Assembly (NCBI GenBank): GCA_039809245.1
Contig: JBDHUP010000003.1
Span: 41,069 to 105,068, forward strand
Direction of reading: 5' to 3'
From: Minisyncoccia bacterium
GTDB lineage: Bacteria > Patescibacteriota > Minisyncoccia > Phycocordibacterales > UBA9973
DNA: 64,000 nt
The notes under the pieces are model-generated. The model was not told the DNA's origin. It did no database searches and was given only the letters and a program-made list of their open reading frames with translations. The position numbers were made by a program, and so were the translations under genes. Of this stretch, positions 58,472 to 64,000 are shown in pieces (the stretch's first letter is position 1; each line of letters opens with the position of its first letter).

Positions 58472-58659
58472 AGGATAATTATAGCAAATATAAGCAAACA
58501 AATAAAGGCTCTAGTCCTTGCAATATACTCATATATATAGTATATTTATTAAATTATAAGCCCAGATTGAGATTAACCCTTTTTTATAACTTGGATGCAA
58601 GAATAAATAAGACCCTCGAACTGCGCCGCAATTAGAGCGGTTTTTTTAGTACAAAATTT

Positions 58660-59796
58660 ATGAAAAAAGCAGATAAAGAAGTCGTAGATAGTATTGCCGA
58701 GAATGCCAAACTTGAACTTTCAAGTATTGGTAAAATGCTCGATAAGGCAGAGACTCCTCCACAAGCAGAAATGCTAGTTGAAGGGCCTGTTATATCAATA
58801 CAGAAGTCATCAGTCTACATAGACCTTGCACCATTTGGTACCGGTATTATATATGGCCGTGAATTCATCAACGCAAAAGACATTATAAAGAAGGTTAATA
58901 TCGGCGACGTCGTTAAAGCAAAAGTCGTCTCTACTGATAACGATGAAGGCTATATTGAACTTTCACTCAAAGAAGCTAAGCAAGCTCTTATTTGGAGTGA
59001 AGCTGATAAAGCAATCAAGTCTAAAATTCCACTTGAGCTTACAGTTAAGGAAGCAAACAAAGGTGGTCTTATATTAGAATGGCAAGGTATCCAAGGATTC
59101 CTTCCAGCTTCACAACTTAAAAGTGAGCACTACCCTCGCGTAGAAGATTCTGATAAAGATAAGATTCTTAAAGCTCTTAAAACTCTTGTTGGTAAGCGTA
59201 TCTCTGTTGTTATGATCTCTGCTCTTCCAAAAGAAGGCAAACTTATATTCTCAGAAAAAGATAACAATCCAGAAGAGCGTCAGGAAATTATCGGTAAGTA
59301 TGCAGTTGGTGATGAACTAGAGTGCACAGTTGCTGGAATCGTTGACTTCGGAGTGTTCTTAAAGATTGAAGAAGGTCTAGAAGGTCTTGTTCACATATCT
59401 GAGATTGATTGGGGTCTAGTTGAAGATCCACGTTCAATGTTCAAAGTTGGCGATACAGTGAAAGCAAAGATAATTGAAATCAAAGATGGTAAAATTTCTC
59501 TATCAATCAAAGCATTGAAGGAGAACCCATGGAATGAATTCGAAAATACACTTAAGAAAGGAGATATTATCTCTGGTGTAGTCATCAAGTTCAACAAGCA
59601 TGGGGCTCTTGTATCTATCAAGCAAGGTGTTGCAGGACTCGTCCACAACTCAAGCTTTGGATCTGAGGAGAAGTTAAAGAAAGCACTTGAAATGGGTAAA
59701 ACTTACGATTTCCAAGTTACTCTCTTTGAACCAAAAGATCAGCGTATGACTCTTGTCTACCTAGAAGATGGTAAGAAAGCCGAAGAATCTAAATAA
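58660..59796 (+). CDS. rpsA: 30S ribosomal protein S1 (short, four S1 domains)
   Basis: Repeated S1/OB motifs, for example IGDVVKAKVVSTDNDEGYIELSLKEA, VGDELECTVAGIVDFGVFLKIEEGLEGLVHISEI, VGDTVKAKIIEIKDGKISLSIK. Confidence 0.85.
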   Translation: MKKADKEVVDSIAENAKLELSSIGKMLDKAETPPQAEMLVEGPVISIQKSSVYIDLAPFGTGIIYGREFINAKDIIKKVNIGDVVKAKVVSTDNDEGYIELSLKEAKQALIWSEADKAIKSKIPLELTVKEANKGGLILEWQGIQGFLPASQLKSEHYPRVEDSDKDKILKALKTLVGKRISVVMISALPKEGKLIFSEKDNNPEERQEIIGKYAVGDELECTVAGIVDFGVFLKIEEGLEGLVHISEIDWGLVEDPRSMFKVGDTVKAKIIEIKDGKISLSIKALKENPWNEFENTLKKGDIISGVVIKFNKHGALVSIKQGVAGLVHNSSFGSEEKLKKALEMGKTYDFQVTLFEPKDQRMTLVYLEDGKKAEESK

Positions 59797-59804
59797 TTCT
59801 CCAC

Positions 59805-59831
59805 TAAAAAATCCCTCACTCGAGGGATTTT
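59805..59831 (+). terminator. bidirectional rho-independent terminator between rpsA and pth
   Basis: aaaaatccctc-actc-gagggatttttt. Confidence 0.65.
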
Positions 59832-60416
59832 TTAATTATAAATACTCATTGCTTTGTCTTTGCCACCATCTGCAATGGTGGTAAGGATTTCAGTTATTTG
59901 TTTTGCTTGTTTCTTGAGAGTTTTCAATTCATCTTCTTTAAATGATCCTAATAGGAATTTCAGCACGGCGGCTTCCCCGCTTGGCTTCTTAAGCTTACCA
60001 GTTGGCGTATGCGGTGATACACCGATACGTATACGAACAAATTCTTTTGATTTCACTTTTTTAATTATTGATTCGAGTCCATTATGTCCACCACTTGAGC
60101 GGTTGAAAGAAATTTTCAAACTTCCAACTGGTATATCGAGGTCATCATATATAACTACAAGATTTTTTAATTTCTTTTTATCATCGATCACTTTCATTAC
60201 TGCTTGTCCTGAATTATTCATAAAAGTTTCAGGTAGCATAAAGTCAAATTTCTCTCCATCAACTTCGCCTTTAGTTCGAAGTGATTTTGTTTTCATATCA
60301 TTCTTCCAATCTGCGAAATCATTTGCCTTTGCAATGTACTCTAAAATAATTCGCCCAGCATTGTGGCGAGTTTTTTCATATTCTTTTCCAGGATTTCCAA
60401 GTCCGACGATTAACAT
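59832..60416 (-). CDS. pth: peptidyl-tRNA hydrolase
   Basis: MLIVGLGNPGKEYEKTRHNAGR, then ...HNGLESI. Confidence 0.9.
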   Translation of the reverse strand: MLIVGLGNPGKEYEKTRHNAGRIILEYIAKANDFADWKNDMKTKSLRTKGEVDGEKFDFMLPETFMNNSGQAVMKVIDDKKKLKNLVVIYDDLDIPVGSLKISFNRSSGGHNGLESIIKKVKSKEFVRIRIGVSPHTPTGKLKKPSGEAAVLKFLLGSFKEDELKTLKKQAKQITEILTTIADGGKDKAMSIYN

Positions 60417-60528
60417 ACTGCCAATTATATCATAGTTTTGAGTAAAATTTTTTAATAAAAAATTTTACTAGCAGGACACACAAAATTCTATTCTGTCAAT
60501 GGTATTTGTATGTTAAAATAATGCCTAT

Positions 60529-61149
60529 ATGGAAAACAACACTGAAAAAAATGACAATCAACCTAAAGTCGAGAACGTTCCTGTTTTAAAATCAAAAGCC
60601 CGAAGATACACAGAGAGTGCTTGGGATCTAGTTAAATTCGCAGCAATTGCACTTGCGATAGTTATTCCTGTCAGAATGTTTATAGCTCAACCATTCGTAG
60701 TCAGTGGTGATTCTATGTTCCCTACTTTCCACAACGGTCAGTATCTAATAGTAGATGAAATATCCTACATACTTAAAGGCCCACACCGAGGTGATGTTGT
60801 TATCTTCCGTTATCCGAACGATACAACTCGATTCTTCATCAAGCGTATCATTGGCTTACCAAATGAAAAGATAGATATTAAAAATGGTGTTGTTACTATC
60901 ACTAATGCGGAGAATCCAAAAGGTTTCACTCTTGATGAGCCATACATAGACGAAAAGTTCTCATCTACAGATAGTTATACAACTGGCCCGGATGAATTCT
61001 TTGTTATGGGTGATAATCGTAATCGTAGTTCTGATTCTCGAGTTTGGGGACTACTCCCTCGTAAACTTATGGTTGGAAGAGCTTATTTAAGACTATTACC
61101 ATTTAGCGACATAGGATACCTCCCAGGTGCATATGTCGAAGCAAAATAA
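60529..61149 (+). CDS. lepB: signal peptidase I
   Basis: SGDSMFPTF (catalytic Ser), ...KRIIGLPNEKI (catalytic Lys), GDNRNRSSDSR. Confidence 0.9.
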   Translation: MENNTEKNDNQPKVENVPVLKSKARRYTESAWDLVKFAAIALAIVIPVRMFIAQPFVVSGDSMFPTFHNGQYLIVDEISYILKGPHRGDVVIFRYPNDTTRFFIKRIIGLPNEKIDIKNGVVTITNAENPKGFTLDEPYIDEKFSSTDSYTTGPDEFFVMGDNRNRSSDSRVWGLLPRKLMVGRAYLRLLPFSDIGYLPGAYVEAK

Positions 61150-61186
61150 CATGAGTACAGAAAAGAAAAAGAATAATAAGGAACCC

Positions 61187-62452
61187 ATGGCATCAGTAAA
61201 AGGAATGAGGGATATTCTAGACGAGCAATACTACCAATTTCAAGGATTTTTCGAGAAGGCTCAAGAAATCGCAGTTTACTACGGCTTCCGACCAATTGAA
61301 ACTCCAATCCTAGAACATGAAAGTACTTTTACGACAGCAATAGGTGTAGGTACTGATGCAATAGATAAAGAGATGTACACCCTAAAGACAAAGGGCGGCG
61401 ATCATCTAGCGATGCGTCCAGAGAACACTGCTGGTGTTATGCGCTCATATATAGAGAATGGTATGCAATCTCTACCTCAACCTGTAATGATGTACTACTA
61501 CGGTCCTTTCTTCCGCCACGATAAACCACAACGCGGAAGATACCGACAGTTCTACCAGTTCGGACTTGAATCTATCGGAAGCGAGAAGAGTATAATAGAC
61601 GCACTTATTATAAAGACAACTCTTGCAATCCTTGAAGAAGCTGGGGCGACAAACTTATATGTAAATATAAATTCAATCGGTGATAAGGAATGTAGAAATT
61701 CTTATATTAAAGAACTTACTAATTATTATAAGAAGCATCTTTCGAGTCTTCCACCTGTTGATCGTGAACGCCTAAAAACAAATCCGCTTAGAATCCTTGA
61801 TTCAAAAGAAGAGAAAACAATAGAGATCAATGCAGGGGCTCCTGATTCTATATCTTTCCTATGTACTGCATGCAAGAAACACTTCAAGGAAGTCCTAGAA
61901 TACCTAGAGCAAATGGAAGTACCTTATACAATTAACAAGAATCTAGTTCGGGGTCTTTCATATTACACAAGGACCGTATTTGAGATTATAGAAGAAGCAG
62001 GGGGTGAAGAAGGTGCTCCCCTTACAATTGCTGGTGGTGGCCGTTATGACTACCTAGGTAAGCAACTAGGGGCAAAGAAGGAAATCCCAGCTATGGGAGT
62101 CAGTATCGGAGTTGATAGAGTTGTGGAATCGACTTGGTATAAAAAGCTCTGCCCTCGAATACTAAAGAAGCCGAAAATTTACTTCATACAGCTTGGCTTT
62201 GATGCAAAGTTAAAATCTCTTGGAGTTATAGAGATATTAAGAAAAGGTAAAGTTCCTATAGCTCAATCAATCTCTAAAGATAACCTAGGAGTGCAACTTG
62301 CAGTCGCTGAAAAGTTAGGCATGAAGTACGCGATAATATTCGGACAAAAAGAAGCTATGGATAATACTGTAATATTCCGTGATATGAGTAATCGTTCTCA
62401 AGAGACAATAAAGTTACCAAAGCTTCTTGATTATATAAAAGAACTTAAATAG
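61187..62452 (+). CDS. hisS: histidyl-tRNA synthetase
   Basis: MASVKGMRDIL, class II motifs FRHDKPQRGRYRQFYQFG and GGGRYD. Start placed at the ATG at 61187 (AAGGA 5 nt upstream), not the upstream ATGs that overlap lepB. Confidence 0.88.
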   Translation: MASVKGMRDILDEQYYQFQGFFEKAQEIAVYYGFRPIETPILEHESTFTTAIGVGTDAIDKEMYTLKTKGGDHLAMRPENTAGVMRSYIENGMQSLPQPVMMYYYGPFFRHDKPQRGRYRQFYQFGLESIGSEKSIIDALIIKTTLAILEEAGATNLYVNINSIGDKECRNSYIKELTNYYKKHLSSLPPVDRERLKTNPLRILDSKEEKTIEINAGAPDSISFLCTACKKHFKEVLEYLEQMEVPYTINKNLVRGLSYYTRTVFEIIEEAGGEEGAPLTIAGGGRYDYLGKQLGAKKEIPAMGVSIGVDRVVESTWYKKLCPRILKKPKIYFIQLGFDAKLKSLGVIEILRKGKVPIAQSISKDNLGVQLAVAEKLGMKYAIIFGQKEAMDNTVIFRDMSNRSQETIKLPKLLDYIKELK

Positions 62453-62454
62453 TT

Positions 62455-62994
62455 ATGATTAAAATTGTTCAAAATGGCAATCCTGTACTACGCAAAGTAG
62501 CCAAAGAGGTACCACTTTCACATATCACAAAACCAAAAATCCAGAAAGTTATTAATGATATGAAGGCTGCCTTACACTCTCAAGACGATGGTGTGGCTAT
62601 AGCTGCACCACAGATCGGAGAATCCTATAGGATCTTCGTAGTATCAGGTAGAATATTTGAAGACGATTTCATAAGAGGTAAAGCTCCTACTGAAAAAACA
62701 AAGAAAAATCATAAAGATTTAGTGTTTATTAATCCAGTATTCAAAAAAATATCGAAAGATAGAAAGTTGATGGCCGAAGGTTGCCTTTCAGTAAGACCAC
62801 TCTACGGGAAAGTTCGTCGTGCGACTAAGGCGACAATGGAAGCATACAATGAAGAAGGAGAAAAATTTGAAAAACAAGCTTCAGGTTTACTCGCTCATAT
62901 ATTTCAACACGAGACTGATCATCTATACGGTATACTATTCATAGACAAAGCTCGCGATGTACATGAATCTACTTCAGAAGTAGAATACAATTAG
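62455..62994 (+). CDS. def: peptide deformylase
   Basis: GVAIAAPQIG, EGCLSV, HETDHL. Confidence 0.92.
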   Translation: MIKIVQNGNPVLRKVAKEVPLSHITKPKIQKVINDMKAALHSQDDGVAIAAPQIGESYRIFVVSGRIFEDDFIRGKAPTEKTKKNHKDLVFINPVFKKISKDRKLMAEGCLSVRPLYGKVRRATKATMEAYNEEGEKFEKQASGLLAHIFQHETDHLYGILFIDKARDVHESTSEVEYN

Positions 62995-62995
62995 T

Positions 62996-63847
62996 ATGGA
63001 TAAAAAAGAATTAAAATTCGCATTCTTTGGGACCCCAGAAGTTGCCTCAAAAACTTTGGATTTTTTATTTGGGTCTGGATATACACCAAAAGTTATTATT
63101 ACATCACCTGACAGAAGAGCAGGTCGTGGAATGCACTTATTATCAACTCCTGTTAGTTTATGGGCAGATGAACACAAAATTCTATGTCTAAAACCAGAGA
63201 AAATAGATAATGATTTTATTGAGAAATTAAAAGACTTAGGAATTGAGCTTTCGATAGTTGTAGCTTATGGAAAAATTCTACCAGAAGAATTAATAAAATC
63301 ACCAGAACTAGGAACTATTAACATTCATTATTCTCTATTACCAAAATACAGAGGAGCATCCCCACTTGAACAAGCTCTCCTAAACGGCGATTTAATAACT
63401 GGTATAACAATCCAGCAAATGGAATTCAAACTCGATAGTGGAGCAATTATAGCTCAGGAAGAGATTAATATAAATATCGATGATACCAAAGAAGAACTCC
63501 GAGAAAAACTTATCAACCTAGGTGCTGAAAAGTTAGTAGAAGTAATTCCAGATATCCAAAATGGAATAACAAAACCAAAATATCAAGATGAAAATCTTGC
63601 TTCACATTGCTCAAAAATAAAGAAGGAGGATGGAGAAATTGATCCAAGTGGTAATGCAATTACTAACTATAATAAGTACCGAGCATTCTTCGGATGGCCA
63701 GGTGTATTCTTCTTTAAAAACAATAAGAGAGTGAAAATTATAAAAGCTCGATATGAAAACAACTCATTCATAATAGAAAGAGTTGTTCCAGAAGGTAAGA
63801 AAGAGACGTCCTACAAAGAATTTCTAAATTCTAATACTTCGATGTAA
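62996..63847 (+). CDS. fmt: methionyl-tRNA formyltransferase
   Basis: FFGTPEVA, NIHYSLLPKYRGASPL. One nt after def. Confidence 0.88.
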   Translation: MDKKELKFAFFGTPEVASKTLDFLFGSGYTPKVIITSPDRRAGRGMHLLSTPVSLWADEHKILCLKPEKIDNDFIEKLKDLGIELSIVVAYGKILPEELIKSPELGTINIHYSLLPKYRGASPLEQALLNGDLITGITIQQMEFKLDSGAIIAQEEININIDDTKEELREKLINLGAEKLVEVIPDIQNGITKPKYQDENLASHCSKIKKEDGEIDPSGNAITNYNKYRAFFGWPGVFFFKNNKRVKIIKARYENNSFIIERVVPEGKKETSYKEFLNSNTSM

Positions 63848-64000
63848 AAGGATTCCTTTTTGAAATACCCTTCATCATTTTCTTAACACTTTTTGCTCCC
63901 CTTTTATATAATGTTTGTTTCTTATCTTTATTTTCAGTTATTCTTCTAACTAGTTCATCTTTAGCAGTATCTATAGCGGCATATAAATCAGAAGCAGATG
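63831..64000 (-). CDS. hpf: ribosome hibernation promoting factor (HPF/RaiA), C-terminal fragment (gene starts beyond window)
   Basis: Minus-strand translation ...SASDLYAAIDTAKDELVRRITENKDKKQTLYKRGAKSVKKMMKGISKRNPFTSKY*. DLYAAID.A.DkL.Rq..k.Kdk is the HPF C-terminal helix. Its TAG at 63831-63833 overlaps the fmt 3' end by 17 nt. Confidence 0.6.
   Translation of the reverse strand, partial: SASDLYAAIDTAKDELVRRITENKDKKQTLYKRGAKSVKKMMKGISKRNPFTSKY

Noticed and set aside
58622-58648. Terminator-like GC hairpin plus T7 run immediately upstream of rpsA
   Set aside because: The stem is only 4 bp (ccgc/gcgg), and no plus-strand gene lies upstream to terminate. It could be part of an rpsA leader structure, but there is too little evidence to list it as a feature.
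61127-61186. Upstream ATGs for hisS (61127, 61151) overlapping lepB
   Set aside because: HisRS N-terminal conservation begins at MASVKGMRD. The ATG at 61187 has an AAGGA SD at the right spacing, and the upstream codons are low-complexity K/N-rich.
1-64000. CRISPR arrays, rRNA genes, IS elements/transposases/integrases
   Set aside because: No regularly spaced direct repeats with unique spacers, no rRNA-like conserved stretches, and no DDE/tyrosine-recombinase motifs in any frame. The only tandem repeats found are in-frame coding repeats (52287-52380).

Overview
This window is AT-rich (about one-third GC), gene-dense and mostly minus-strand coded. Most genes overlap or sit a few nt apart, proteins are compact, and several lack domains seen in longer homologues. 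This style resembles reduced-genome bacteria such as Patescibacteria/CPR, although no rRNA is present to confirm that. All homology calls below rest on motifs I recognised by eye; no searches were run.

Core content includes the ribosomal protein/rpoA block (rpsM-rpsK-rpsD-rpoA-rplQ, with infA and rpmJ), rplM-rpsI and rpsU. The chaperone genes dnaK-dnaJ and grpE are present, as are ftsA-ftsZ, mreB, gyrA, typA, alaS, hisS, a cysS tail and def-fmt. Also present are pth, lepB, frr, rseP, a delta-prime-like holB, a PriA-like gene, ybeY, mnmA, mltG, trxB, tRNA-Val(GAC) and tRNA-Glu(UUC).

Accessory content worth a second look:
1. 49623..53200: a tandem array of five secreted paralogues sharing a signal peptide plus helix / charged EK-KAKK loop / helix module, resembling VirB2/TrbC-type pilins. 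Two carry large extracellular domains. No secretion ATPase is in the window.
2. 183..6346: a tight five-gene operon of nitroreductase-family, ThiF/MoeB E1-like, Leu/Phe/Val dehydrogenase, PaaK/F390-synthetase-like adenylating enzyme and an orphan multi-TM histidine kinase.
3. 7986..10168: a CYTH protein next to a MoaA/viperin-like radical SAM enzyme and an adenylate-kinase-like NMP kinase.
4. 6438..12716: a polyamine set of SpeA-type arginine decarboxylase, agmatinase and a deoxyhypusine-synthase-like protein.
5. The PriA homologue has both Walker A and Walker B replaced.
6. A PaaX-like regulator with a leaderless-type promoter sits between grpE and dnaK. No CIRCE element was found there.
7. 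Odd structure around the two tRNAs: the tRNA-Val trailer carries a 15-nt segment complementary to the tRNA's own T-loop and 3' acceptor strand, and both tRNAs flank a coiled-coil ORF.

No CRISPR array, rRNA, transposase or integrase was recognised.
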